A stretch of 64,000 nt of DNA, from the NCBI GenBank assembly GCA_963728845.1, contig CAVSLS010000057.1, forward strand, positions 20,788 through 84,787, in the 5' to 3' direction. A program made the position numbers and the translations under genes. Shown here one piece after another: positions 19,318 to 28,481 of this stretch. Below the pieces are notes generated by a model that saw only the letters and a program-made list of their open reading frames with translations, was not told the origin of the DNA and ran no database searches. The stretch's first letter is position 1. Every line of letters begins with the position of its first letter. The DNA comes from an uncultured Acidimicrobiaceae bacterium (GTDB taxonomy: Bacteria > Actinomycetota > Acidimicrobiia > Acidimicrobiales > RAAP-2).

Positions 19318-20150
19318 CGACCACGACGCTCGACGAAATGGCGGTACCCGGCGGCGCTCCCCCCACCATCCGGGCGAGGCCGGCGGGCTTCCTCCACGAC
19401 CTGACCTCCATCGCGGGCCGCGCGCTGCGGGGCGTCCCCCGGGACATCGCCACCGTCATCCCGCCGATCTTCATCGCCCTGTTCTTCTTCGTGGTCAACA
19501 TCGCCACGCTCAAGAAGCTCGCCGGTGAGGTGCCCGGACTCGACTACAACGCCTTCCAGATGGCGACGGCCATACTGCTCGGCGTCACGGGCGTCTCCCG
19601 CGCCGGATCGCTCGTGCTCGACATTCAGGACAAGTACTTCGACCGCCTGCTCCTGACCCCGGTGCGGCGCACCGCCATCCTGATCGGCCACATGGCGGCC
19701 GACATGGGCGTGGCGGCCGCGCTGACGGTGCCGATCATCGTGCTCGGGCTGATCCTCGGTGTGCGCTTCGAGGGGGGACCCCTCGGCATCGTCGCCTTCA
19801 TCGCCGTGGCGTCGCTCTGGAGCCTGGCGTTCGCCGGCTTCGGCTACGCCATCGCGCTCAAGACCGGCAACCCGGCGGCGGTCAATTCGACCTTCCTGTT
19901 GTTCTTCCCGTTCCTGTTCCTGACCACGGCCTACGTGCCGCGCCAGGAGCTGGCGGGATGGCTGAACACCGTGGCGGGGTTCAACCCGGTCACCTACATC
20001 CTCGCCGGCCTGCGCTCGGTCGATCAGTCCGCCGGTTGGCACTGGACCGAGCTCGGCCAGGCCCTGCTCGCCATCGGCGTCGTCGGCGCGATCAGCATGT
20101 CGCTCTGCTTCGCCGCCCTGCGGGGTCGGATCAAGCGGGGTGCCAACTGA
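19314..20150 (+). CDS. ABC-2 type transporter permease
   Basis: 278 aa multi-pass protein, translationally coupled to the upstream ATPase gene. Confidence 0.85.
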   Translation: MTTTTLDEMAVPGGAPPTIRARPAGFLHDLTSIAGRALRGVPRDIATVIPPIFIALFFFVVNIATLKKLAGEVPGLDYNAFQMATAILLGVTGVSRAGSLVLDIQDKYFDRLLLTPVRRTAILIGHMAADMGVAAALTVPIIVLGLILGVRFEGGPLGIVAFIAVASLWSLAFAGFGYAIALKTGNPAAVNSTFLLFFPFLFLTTAYVPRQELAGWLNTVAGFNPVTYILAGLRSVDQSAGWHWTELGQALLAIGVVGAISMSLCFAALRGRIKRGAN

Positions 20151-20191
20151 GGTCGGCGCCCCTGGTCCGCCAGTCCGACGCCTGTCAGGCT

Positions 20192-20821
20192 GTGGGCGTG
20201 GACCCGGCGGAGAGCATCGACGCGCACCAGCACGACCACCCAGCCGGGAACGGGCCGTTCCAGGGCCTCACCGGTTACCTCGTCGGCCTGAGCTTCCTGT
20301 TCAGTCGCAAGAAGGATGCCCGGCTGGCCAGCGACCTCACCGGGGTGAGAGCCGGCGACGACGTGGTCGACATCGGCTGCGGCCCCGGGGTGGCGCTGCG
20401 CGAGGCCCGACGCCGGGGCGCCACCTGCACGGGTGTGGACCCGGCGCCGGCGATGCTCCGGCTCGGCCGGATGGTCTCGAGCCGCGACATCACCTACGTC
20501 GAGGGCACCGCCGAGGCACTCCCCCTGCCCGACGGATCCGCTTCGGTGGCCTGGTCGCTGGCGACGGCCCACCACTGGGCCGACGTGGCCCAGGGACTCG
20601 CCGAAGCCCGGCGGGTCCTCCAGCAGGGCGGACGGCTGTTGATCCTCGAGCACCACTCGGCCCCGGGCGCGAAGGGCCACGCCAGGCACGGATTGACGGA
20701 CGAGCAGGCCGCGGCCTTCGCCGCCGCCTGCAGCGCGGCCGGGTTCGCCGACGTGCGCGTCGAGGAGCACGAGGGCAGGCGCGGACCGGCGCTCGCCGTG
20801 CTGGCCGTCCGCCCCCACTGA
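20192..20821 (+). CDS. class I SAM-dependent methyltransferase
   Basis: SAM motif I VVDIGCGPGVAL and post-I/II blocks (DGSASVAWSLATAHHW, LQQGGRLLILEH). The GTG start at 20192 or 20198 is inferred; the upstream part of the track ORF overlaps the permease gene. Confidence 0.7.
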   Translation: MGVDPAESIDAHQHDHPAGNGPFQGLTGYLVGLSFLFSRKKDARLASDLTGVRAGDDVVDIGCGPGVALREARRRGATCTGVDPAPAMLRLGRMVSSRDITYVEGTAEALPLPDGSASVAWSLATAHHWADVAQGLAEARRVLQQGGRLLILEHHSAPGAKGHARHGLTDEQAAAFAAACSAAGFADVRVEEHEGRRGPALAVLAVRPH

Positions 20822-20889
20822 TCCGGGCCCACTGGACGACTCGCCCCAGCCGAAGACTGGGCCATCGCGGGCGCATAACCTCCACTGAC

Positions 20890-21699
20890 GTGGCCCCCGC
20901 CGTCGTCCACGTCGCGCCGCACCCCGACGACGAGGCGGTCGGCTGCCCGGGTGCGCTCCTCCACCTCCGGGATCGGGGCTGGACCGTCGTCAGCGTCATC
21001 GCCAGCCTCGGGTTCAGCGGGCAGTGGGATCGCCGCCACGCTGAATCCGAGGAAGCCGCACGCCGGGCCGGCTTCGTGCCCGTCTTCGTGGACCCGCCCC
21101 TCAACCTCGACCTCGACGCCGACCGGGACCTCGCCACTCGCCGCATCGCGAACGAGCTGCCGGCGATCGTGAAGGAGCACGGCGCGTCCATCGTCGTCTC
21201 CCCTTCTCCCCATGACGTGCACCACGGCCACGAGGCCGTCGGCCGCGGTGTCCAGCGCGCCATGGCCGTGCTGCCTCCCACGCTGCGATGGTGGATGTGG
21301 GGCGTGTGGGGCGACCTCCCGGCGCCCAACGTCTTCTACGGGTTCGACCACACGATGCTCGAGCGCGCCCTGCACGTCCTCGAGGCCTACGCCGGCGAGC
21401 TGGAACGCAACGACTACCGGCCGTATCTCGCCGGGCGGGCCAGCGCGAACGCCGTGCTGGGCTCCGAGCGCGTCTTCGGCTTCGGGTCCCCTGCGGCCAG
21501 CGCCCTCCCGTTCGCGGAGCTGCTCACGGAGGTGCGCCTGCTCGACGGGCGGTTCATGGCCTCCCAGCCCCACCTCCTCGATGAAGGCGGCGAGCTCACA
21601 CTGGCGTACGACGCCGACCTCACGGCCTGGCTCGACTCGCCCAGCGTGCACGAGCTCGTGGGCTACATCCGCGAGATCCGCGCCGAGACTGCGACGTGA
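20890..21699 (+). CDS. PIG-L/LmbE-family N-acetylglucosaminyl deacetylase
   Basis: VHVAPHPDDEAVG zinc-binding motif near the N-terminus and a later HxxH-type site (SPHDVHHGHEAV). GTG start inferred. Confidence 0.7.
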   Translation: MAPAVVHVAPHPDDEAVGCPGALLHLRDRGWTVVSVIASLGFSGQWDRRHAESEEAARRAGFVPVFVDPPLNLDLDADRDLATRRIANELPAIVKEHGASIVVSPSPHDVHHGHEAVGRGVQRAMAVLPPTLRWWMWGVWGDLPAPNVFYGFDHTMLERALHVLEAYAGELERNDYRPYLAGRASANAVLGSERVFGFGSPAASALPFAELLTEVRLLDGRFMASQPHLLDEGGELTLAYDADLTAWLDSPSVHELVGYIREIRAETAT

Positions 21700-21706
21700 A
21701 GGCGGC

Positions 21707-22534
21707 GTGACGACGATCCCCACGCTGACGCCCGAGCTCGTCGAGGCCTTCCGGCGCGACGGGTTCGTGATGGTGCCGGATCTCCTGAGCGCCGACGAGG
21801 TTGTGCGCTTCGGGGCGGCGGTCGACGAGGCCGTGGCCCGGCGCGGCCGGTACGACACCCGCACACTGGCCCAGAAGTCGCACTACGAGCAGAGCTTCAC
21901 GCAGTGCCAGAACCTGTGGGAGGACTGCCCCGACGTCCGCCCGCTCACGTTCCATCCCGTCGTCGCCGAAACGGCGGCCCGACTGCTCGGGGTCGACGCC
22001 GTCCGGATCTGGCACGACCAGGCGCTCTACAAGGAGGCGGGCGGGCGCGAGACCGATCCGCACCAAGACCAGCCCTATTGGCCGATCGTCGAAACCGACA
22101 CGATCACCGCGTGGATCCCCTTCGACGGCTCGACGCTGGAGAGCGGCGCCATGGGCTACCTGCCCGGCAGCCACCGTCTTGGAGTGCGTGAGTTCGTCGA
22201 CATCTTCTCCGGCTGCGGCGAGGACCCGCTCACCCGACGCGAGCTCGAAGGGATGACGCCCGTGTTCGTCGAGGTCCCGCCGCGCTCGGTGGCCTTCCAC
22301 CACGGCCTCACCTTCCACTTGGCCAAGCCGAACACGACCGCTACCGTCCGTCGGGTGCACACCGCGATCTACTTCGCCGACGGCTCCACCCGGGGCGAAG
22401 GGCGCTTCCCGCATCCGTCGGTCGAACGGGCCGGGATCGCCGTGGGTGCGGTCATCGCCAGCGACGTCACGCCGATCGCCTGGCCCCGTCCCGACGGTCA
22501 CCCGCCCCCACCACCCGCGGAGCCGATGGCATGA
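21707..22534 (+). CDS. phytanoyl-CoA dioxygenase (PhyH) family Fe(II)/2-oxoglutarate oxygenase
   Basis: HxD facial triad (DPHQDQPYW) and a distal His (FHHGLTFH). GTG at 21707, 8 nt after the LmbE stop. Confidence 0.8.
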   Translation: MTTIPTLTPELVEAFRRDGFVMVPDLLSADEVVRFGAAVDEAVARRGRYDTRTLAQKSHYEQSFTQCQNLWEDCPDVRPLTFHPVVAETAARLLGVDAVRIWHDQALYKEAGGRETDPHQDQPYWPIVETDTITAWIPFDGSTLESGAMGYLPGSHRLGVREFVDIFSGCGEDPLTRRELEGMTPVFVEVPPRSVAFHHGLTFHLAKPNTTATVRRVHTAIYFADGSTRGEGRFPHPSVERAGIAVGAVIASDVTPIAWPRPDGHPPPPPAEPMA

Positions 22535-23328
22535 GCGGCGGTGTGCTGACGGACGAGCAGCGCGCGTCATGGACGCAGCGGGGCTTCTTCCGCATCGGAG
22601 GCTTCGCACCACCGGAGACGTGCGAGGCCATGCTGTCCCGGGTGACCCGTGTGGTGCGGGACCCGGACCTCGCCACCGCCCTCGGAGTCAAGGTGGTACC
22701 AGAGAGCAACAAGGCCGGCATTGCGGTGGCCAACCCCGAGGACGGCGTCTCGAAGATCTTCAAGCTGCACCGCGACTCCGTCTTCGCCGACTTCGCGGAC
22801 TCCGCCGAGGTCGTCGACGCGGTCGCGGAGCTCATCGCACCCGACATCGACGTGTTCTTGTCCCAGTTCATCTTCAAGACGGCGGGCGCCTGGGGACAAC
22901 CCTGGCACCAGGACTCCTTCTACTTCCCCTTCGAACCCGCCCGCCCGGTGGTCGGCGTGTGGCTGGCCGTCACCGAGGCGACACTGGTCAACGGCTGCCT
23001 GCATGTGCTGCCCCGTTCGCACAACGGGCCGGTGCGCACCCACGTCCCGGATCGCCGTCCCGGCGCCAACTACGGCTACTTCGAGATCGTCGACCACGAC
23101 ATGACGGCCTCCGAGCCCGTGCTCATGGACCCTGGTGACCTCCTGGTCTTCGACAGCCACTTGATGCACTGCTCGACGGACAACGAGTCGGCGGGCATCC
23201 GCGCCGCCATGGTGTACCACTACGCCGCGGCGGGGACGGTGGACCACACCGAGGAGTACTTCCCGACCGTGAACGACTGGGTGCCGGCGCGCCGGGGCGG
23301 ACGGCCGACGGTGCCCCAGGCCGCCTGA
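22531..23328 (+). CDS. PhyH-family Fe(II)/2-oxoglutarate oxygenase (second paralogue)
   Basis: PWHQDSFYF (HxD) and SHLMHCS motifs. Start overlaps the upstream stop (ATGA). Confidence 0.85.
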   Translation: MSGGVLTDEQRASWTQRGFFRIGGFAPPETCEAMLSRVTRVVRDPDLATALGVKVVPESNKAGIAVANPEDGVSKIFKLHRDSVFADFADSAEVVDAVAELIAPDIDVFLSQFIFKTAGAWGQPWHQDSFYFPFEPARPVVGVWLAVTEATLVNGCLHVLPRSHNGPVRTHVPDRRPGANYGYFEIVDHDMTASEPVLMDPGDLLVFDSHLMHCSTDNESAGIRAAMVYHYAAAGTVDHTEEYFPTVNDWVPARRGGRPTVPQAA

Positions 23329-23341
23329 GGGACGCCGGTCC

Positions 23342-24379
23342 GTGCCACTGAAATTCGATGCCATGCTGCCAGCCCAGCCCTTGCGCCAGGCGGCCGAGCT
23401 CGGGCGCCGGGCGGCGGCCGCCGGGCTGTCGGGGCTGGTGGTGACCGAGGCGGGTCGTACGGCGTACCTCACCTGCGGCGCGCTGGTGGTGGCGGCCGAC
23501 ATCGACGTGCTGACGGGCATCGCCGTCGCCTTCCCGCGCAGCCCCATGGTCACGGCGGCCACGGCGTGGGAGCTGGCCGAGGCGAGCGGGGGGCGCTTCC
23601 GCCTCGGTCTCGGCGCCCAGGTGCGGGCCCACATCCAGCGCCGCTACGGCTCGGAGTTCGATCACCCCGGGCCGCGGCTGCGCGAGTACGTGATCGCGGT
23701 GAAGGCGATCTTCGAGTCCTTCCGCGAGGGGGCGCCGCTGGCGGTGGAGGGCGAGTACTACAACCTCTCGCTGTTGCCGCCCACGTGGTCGCCCGGACCC
23801 ATCGACTGTCCGAATCCGCCCGTCGACGTCGCGGCGGTGAACCCCTGGATGCTCCGCATGGCCGCGGAGGCGGCCGACGGCGTGCACGTCCACCCGCTGA
23901 ACACACCCACCTACCTGGAGGAGACGGTGCTACCCAACCTGGAGAAGGGCGCGGCACGCTCGGGACGCAGCGTGAACGACCTCGAGGTCGTCGTGCCGGC
24001 CTTCCTCGTCGTGGGCGACACCGACGTCGAGCGTCATGGCTGGCGGGAGCGGGCACGCATGCAGGTGGCGTTCTACGGGTCGACACCCAACTACGCGTTC
24101 ATCTTCGAGCAGCTCGACCGGGAGGGAACGACCGACCTCATCCGCGAGCGCCAGCGGGCGGGTGACCTCCCCGGCATGGCGGCGGTCATCGATGACGACC
24201 TGCTCAAGCACTTCGTCACCGAGGGGTCGTGGGACGACATCGCCGCGACGATCGTGGACAAGTACGACGGGATCGCGACCCGGGTCGTCAGCTACTTCAC
24301 GGGTTCCGACGTCGTCGCCGACGCCGACGCGTTCGAGCGCTGGGGGGACCTGGCCCGTCAGGTGGTGGCCCTCTCCTAA
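23342..24379 (+). CDS. luciferase-like monooxygenase (LLM) class, probably an F420-dependent oxidoreductase
   Basis: 345 aa. TIM-barrel LLM blocks (RFRLGLGAQV, HVHPL..., VAFYGSTPNY). Confidence 0.8.
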   Translation: MPLKFDAMLPAQPLRQAAELGRRAAAAGLSGLVVTEAGRTAYLTCGALVVAADIDVLTGIAVAFPRSPMVTAATAWELAEASGGRFRLGLGAQVRAHIQRRYGSEFDHPGPRLREYVIAVKAIFESFREGAPLAVEGEYYNLSLLPPTWSPGPIDCPNPPVDVAAVNPWMLRMAAEAADGVHVHPLNTPTYLEETVLPNLEKGAARSGRSVNDLEVVVPAFLVVGDTDVERHGWRERARMQVAFYGSTPNYAFIFEQLDREGTTDLIRERQRAGDLPGMAAVIDDDLLKHFVTEGSWDDIAATIVDKYDGIATRVVSYFTGSDVVADADAFERWGDLARQVVALS

Positions 24380-24407
24380 CCGAACGCTCGGGACTCTTTC
24401 CTACGAA

Positions 24408-24437
24408 CCGCGGCGGAGAATCCGCGGGTGGCCTTTT
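24408..24437 (+). terminator. stem-loop with a T-run after the LLM gene
   Basis: ccgcgg (24408..24413) pairs with ccgcgg (24422..24427), followed by gtggccTTTTcc. Confidence 0.4.
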
Positions 24438-24698
24438 CCGGACTTCTTCAGCTCCTCCGGCTTGTCGGGCTCCTCGGGCTCGACGCCACCCCTGGGCGTT
24501 GTCCACGATCCCTCCGATCTACGAGGGATCCCCCATGCAATTTGCGAGGGAATTCCAGGCTATTGGTGCGGGGGTCGAGGCGGAGGCGGTAGAAAGGAGG
24601 TTCGCCGCCGTGGCGAGGCGGAGCGATGCCGGCAGAAGAGTATTCTGAACTTCCTTTTCGGACGAGGACGCGTGAGCGAGGAAGGACGTGCGGTGGGG

Positions 24699-25007
24699 AT
24701 GCAGTTGAAGGCAGGGACGAGGCTGCGGAGCGCAACCGACGCCTGCGAGGTCGTCGTGGTGCGGACACCAGGTGAGGAGCCCGTCGACTTGCGCTGCGGG
24801 GGGCACCCCATGGTGGCCGCCGACGCCGAGGTGACGCCACAGAGCGCCGAAGCCGGCTTCGAAGAGGGTACGCAGCTGGGCAAGCGGTACGCCGACGAGG
24901 AGCTCGGCCTGGAGGTGCTGTGCACGAAGGCCGGGGAAGGTTCGCTCTCGGTGGGCGAGACCCCGCTCGCCGTCAAGGGCGCCAAACCCCTGCCCGCCTC
25001 GGACTGA
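24699..25007 (+). CDS. small conserved hypothetical protein (about 100 aa) preceding the AMP-ligase gene
   Basis: ATG at 24699 (alternative GTG at 24672) with GAGGAAGGA upstream. Sequence MQLKAGTRLRSATDACEVVVVR..LGKRYADEELGLEVLCTKAG..KPLPASD. Coding-like composition, 31 nt upstream of the ligase gene. Confidence 0.55.
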   Translation: MQLKAGTRLRSATDACEVVVVRTPGEEPVDLRCGGHPMVAADAEVTPQSAEAGFEEGTQLGKRYADEELGLEVLCTKAGEGSLSVGETPLAVKGAKPLPASD

Positions 25008-25038
25008 GCGCGCCCGTACCGGAGGAGGTTCCCGCTCC

Positions 25039-26541
25039 GTGAACATCGCCATGCTGCTCGAGATGGCGGCCGAGGGCGACCCTGACCGCATCGTCCTCGG
25101 CTCGCACGACGGCGGCATCAGCGCCGCCGAGCTCCTCGAGCGGGCGAAGCGGGCCGCCGTCTACTTCGAGAAGAGCGGGGCCGAGGTCGTCGGCTACTTC
25201 GGGCTGAACTCCGACGTCTTGCCGGTGGCGTTGTTCGGTGCCGCGCTGGCGGGCGTGCCGTTCTCGCCGATCAACTACCGGGCCCCGGACGAGCAGCTGC
25301 ACGGGATCCTGGGGCGGGTCGCCGGCGGCCTGATGATCGCCGACGACGACGAAGTCGAGCGGCTGCGGGCGTGCGGCGCCGAGCACGTGGTGACGAAGGA
25401 AGAGTTCGCCGCGGCCATCGCCGAACCGGTCACGGGCGAACATCAATTCGTCGACCCTGAGGAGATCGCCGTGCTGCTCTTCACCAGCGGCACGACGTCA
25501 GAACCCAAGGCTGCAGTGCTGCGCCACCGGCATCTCGTCTCCTACATCATCTCGAGCGTCGAGTTCTTGGGGTGCGCGCCAGACGAGGCCCAGTTGATCT
25601 GCGTGCCGCCGTACCACATCGCCGGGATGGCGGCGGTGTTGAGCTCCCTGTACGCGGGGCGGCGCATGATGTACCTGCCGGCGTTCGAGGCCGCCTCCTG
25701 GGTCCGGTTGGCCACCTCCGAGCGGATCACGCACGCCATGGTCGTGCCGACCATGCTCGGGCGCATCCTGCAGGCCGTCGAGGACGCCGGGGTGGAGCCG
25801 CCGGCGCTGCGCCACCTCTCCTACGGCGGTGGGCGGATGCCGCTCGAGCTCGTGGAGCGCACGTTGCGCGACCTGCCCCACGTCGACCTGGTCAATGCCT
25901 ACGGGTTGACCGAGACGTCGTCGACGATCGCCATGCTGACGCCCGACGACCATCGTGAGGCCTTCGCCAGCGCCGACCCGGCGGTGCGGGCGCGGCTCGG
26001 GTCGGTGGGGCGTCCCCTGCCGTCCCTCGAGGTGGAGGTGCGCGGCACCGATGAAGCCGTCCTGCCGCCGGGCGAGAAGGGCGAGATCTGGGTGCGGGGC
26101 GAGCAGGTCGCAGGCGAATACTTGGGGCGTTCGGTGCTCGATGAGGAGGGGTGGTTCCGCACCCGGGACGCGGGGTGGTTCGACGAGCACGGCTTCTTGT
26201 TCGTGGAGGGCCGGCTGGACGACGTCATCGTGCGGGGCGCCGAGAACATCTCGCCGGGCGAGATCGAAGAGGTGCTGCAGGCGCACCCGGGCGTGACCGA
26301 GGCCGCCGTCATCGGCATCCCCGACACCGAGTGGGGTGAAGCGGTGGCGGCCGTCGTGGTGCTGCGGCCCGGCGCATCGGTCACCGAGGACGCGCTGCAA
26401 GGGTGGGTGCGAGAACGGCTGCGCTCGACGAAGACCCCCGTCGTCGTGGAATTCCGGGACGAGTTGCCCTACTCGCCGACCGGGAAGCTCCTACGGCGGG
26501 TGCTACGCGCCGAGCTGGCGGGCCGGGGCGAGCCCGCCTGA
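25039..26541 (+). CDS. AMP-dependent synthetase/ligase (acyl-CoA synthetase family)
   Basis: 500 aa. FTSGTTSEPKAA, YGLTETS, GEIWVRG and PTGKLLRR motifs. GTG start. Confidence 0.9.
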   Translation: MNIAMLLEMAAEGDPDRIVLGSHDGGISAAELLERAKRAAVYFEKSGAEVVGYFGLNSDVLPVALFGAALAGVPFSPINYRAPDEQLHGILGRVAGGLMIADDDEVERLRACGAEHVVTKEEFAAAIAEPVTGEHQFVDPEEIAVLLFTSGTTSEPKAAVLRHRHLVSYIISSVEFLGCAPDEAQLICVPPYHIAGMAAVLSSLYAGRRMMYLPAFEAASWVRLATSERITHAMVVPTMLGRILQAVEDAGVEPPALRHLSYGGGRMPLELVERTLRDLPHVDLVNAYGLTETSSTIAMLTPDDHREAFASADPAVRARLGSVGRPLPSLEVEVRGTDEAVLPPGEKGEIWVRGEQVAGEYLGRSVLDEEGWFRTRDAGWFDEHGFLFVEGRLDDVIVRGAENISPGEIEEVLQAHPGVTEAAVIGIPDTEWGEAVAAVVVLRPGASVTEDALQGWVRERLRSTKTPVVVEFRDELPYSPTGKLLRRVLRAELAGRGEPA

Positions 26542-26577
26542 GGCAGGCCGGCCGGGGTGTCGGTTCCCACCCCGGAC

Positions 26578-27450
26578 TCAGTGCGGGTAGTACAGCGGCG
26601 TGTCCTCGCCCACTACCAACTGGCGCAGACCCTCGGGCGCCACGAACTGGTGGTCGGCCACCCCGGTCCCCGAGAGTCCGAGCTGCAGGACTCCGCAGCG
26701 CTTGGTCCCGATCGTCGCCTGCCACGAGTCAGGCAGCGCGGCCCACGTGGTCGGGGCCCAGACATGGGCCGTGCCGTCGAGCTCGAGGGTCCGGTACTGG
26801 TGCACGTGGCCGCTCACGACGAGCCGAAGGCGACGGTCCTCGGCGAGCAGTCCGCGCAGGCGGTCGCGGGCCGGCGACGGCACGAACCGGACACCCGGCG
26901 CATCGGCGAGCTCCGTGTCGGTTGCGTCGATCGGCTTGTGGGAGACGAACAGCAACGGGCGCAGCCGGGTGGCCGCGGCGGCCAGGACCTCCTCCAACCA
27001 GACCCACTGCTCGTCTTCCGCTGGCAGGCCCGAGCCGAACAGCTGTGCGTTGACGCCCACCAGCTCCCAGCCCTCGACGTCGCGTGTCCACCAGGGTGGA
27101 CCCACGGCTCGGGTCCAGTTCGCGAGGTTCTCCTCGGTCACGTCGCCGACGGCGTCACCCCCGGGGATCGGGTTGTCCCCTATGTCGTGATTGCCGGGAA
27201 CCGCGACCCACGGTGCCGGCGAGAGCCGGCCGAGCTGCTCCCCCGCGTAGTCGAGGTCCTCGGCGTCGTTCTCACCGTCGAGCGACAGGTCGCCGACGTG
27301 GACCACGAGGTCGGGTCGGGTGCGATGGACGTGGTCGACGACGGCCGACCAGTTGCGCTCCGCTTCGAGCGCTCGCCCGGACAGGTGGCTGTCCGAGACC
27401 ACGACCAGCTGTGCCGCCGCCGCTGCGGCGGGCCTAGGCAGGGTCCCCAC
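26578..27450 (-). CDS. metallophosphoesterase
   Basis: Calcineurin-like motifs VVVSDSHL, HVGDLSLDG, VPGNHD, VSGHVH. Confidence 0.85.
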   Translation of the reverse strand: MGTLPRPAAAAAAQLVVVSDSHLSGRALEAERNWSAVVDHVHRTRPDLVVHVGDLSLDGENDAEDLDYAGEQLGRLSPAPWVAVPGNHDIGDNPIPGGDAVGDVTEENLANWTRAVGPPWWTRDVEGWELVGVNAQLFGSGLPAEDEQWVWLEEVLAAAATRLRPLLFVSHKPIDATDTELADAPGVRFVPSPARDRLRGLLAEDRRLRLVVSGHVHQYRTLELDGTAHVWAPTTWAALPDSWQATIGTKRCGVLQLGLSGTGVADHQFVAPEGLRQLVVGEDTPLYYPH

Positions 27451-27894
27451 CCCGATGGGCCGGGTTGGTCCGGCTCGGGCCGGCGCTCCAGCCGACGAGC
27501 CTCGTCACGTCCAGACAGACGACAGCGGCGAACTCGGTGCCACGGTACTGCGGGTACTTCTCGCGCAGCGCGTGCTCGCAGTCCTCGCGGTGTTGCCTGC
27601 TGATGTCACGATCCGGGCGCCGCAGGAGGTGCCGCGCACCCACCACAGGCGCGACCAGTCGCCGGGGTCCCAATGCTCGCAGAGCAGGGTCGCCGCGGCG
27701 TCATGATCGAGGTTGCGCAGACGCCCCAGCTCGGTCGTCTCTTTCGCCTTGACCCGGTCGACCGGGGTCACGACGGTCCCGCAGACGACGGAGAAGCAGA
27801 CCGGCACGGCGTCGATGCGCTGTTGGCGGTTCGACGTGCACAAGATGCCGTGGTCAGCGGCACGGAGGTGCCGCCAGTTGTCGTCGTCGGTCAT
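27434..27894 (-). pseudogene. PPOX-class (pyridoxamine-5'-phosphate-oxidase fold), probably an F420-dependent enzyme, with a frame change
   Basis: The N-terminal frame reads MTDDDNWRHLRAADHGILCT..VPVCFSV..DWSRLWWVRG..ARIV. The family-typical C-terminus DISRQHREDCEHALREKYPQYRGTEFAAVVCLDVTRLVGWSA is in another frame. The junction is near 27606..27612. Confidence 0.6.
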
Positions 27895-27904
27895 TCGCAC
27901 CCTG

Positions 27905-28285
27905 CTACCCCTCCGCGGCGAAGCGCTCCCAGGCCGACTGGCGCGTGATGCCCAGGGAGTCGCCGATCTGCGCCCAGGTGGCACCAAGCGTGCGGGCGCG
28001 GCGCACCCAGCCGAGGAGGCTCTCTTCGACCTGGGCCTGCGCACGGGCCACGTTGGGGAGGTTGGCCAACGCCGCATCGAGCGAGTCGGTCAGCTCCCAG
28101 GGCAAGAGCCGGGGCTCGCGATCTCCCGCGGGAAGGTCGCTGATGATCTGGCGACACAGGTCGATGCAGCCGTCACAGACGAAGACGGCGGGACCGGCCA
28201 CGAGGGCCTTCACTTCGGTGTTCGGCTTCAGGCAGAAGGAGCAGCAGGCGATGACGTCCTTCTCTTCGGCGTCGGGGGCCGTCAC
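27905..28285 (-). CDS. ClpX-type C4 zinc-finger protein with a C-terminal helix-turn-helix-like segment
   Basis: [30 protein letters not shown] matches the ClpX N-terminal Zn-binding motif. The C-terminus [26 protein letters not shown] looks like an HTH. Confidence 0.7.
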   Translation of the reverse strand: MTAPDAEEKDVIACCSFCLKPNTEVKALVAGPAVFVCDGCIDLCRQIISDLPAGDREPRLLPWELTDSLDAALANLPNVARAQAQVEESLLGWVRRARTLGATWAQIGDSLGITRQSAWERFAAEG

Positions 28286-28396
28286 GCGGATTCGGCCTCC
28301 GCGGACGGGGTGTCTCCCGCAAAACTGTCAACAAACTCGTTGAGAGTGTTCAGAGAGCCCTCACCCCTCGGTCCCGGCTTCCGCTCCTGCTTCGTT

Positions 28397-28433
28397 GTCA
28401 GGGTTCACCTTACTGTGTCAAGGCAACCCTGAC
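28397..28433 (-). terminator. stem-loop downstream of the second P450 gene
   Basis: gtcagggtt (28397..28405) pairs with aaccctgac (28425..28433): 9-bp stem, 19-nt loop, no U-tract. Confidence 0.3.
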
Positions 28434-28481
28434 AAGAGTGCCGTCGCCGATCCACTCCGCCGGTCTGGCCCGTCGTGTGGG

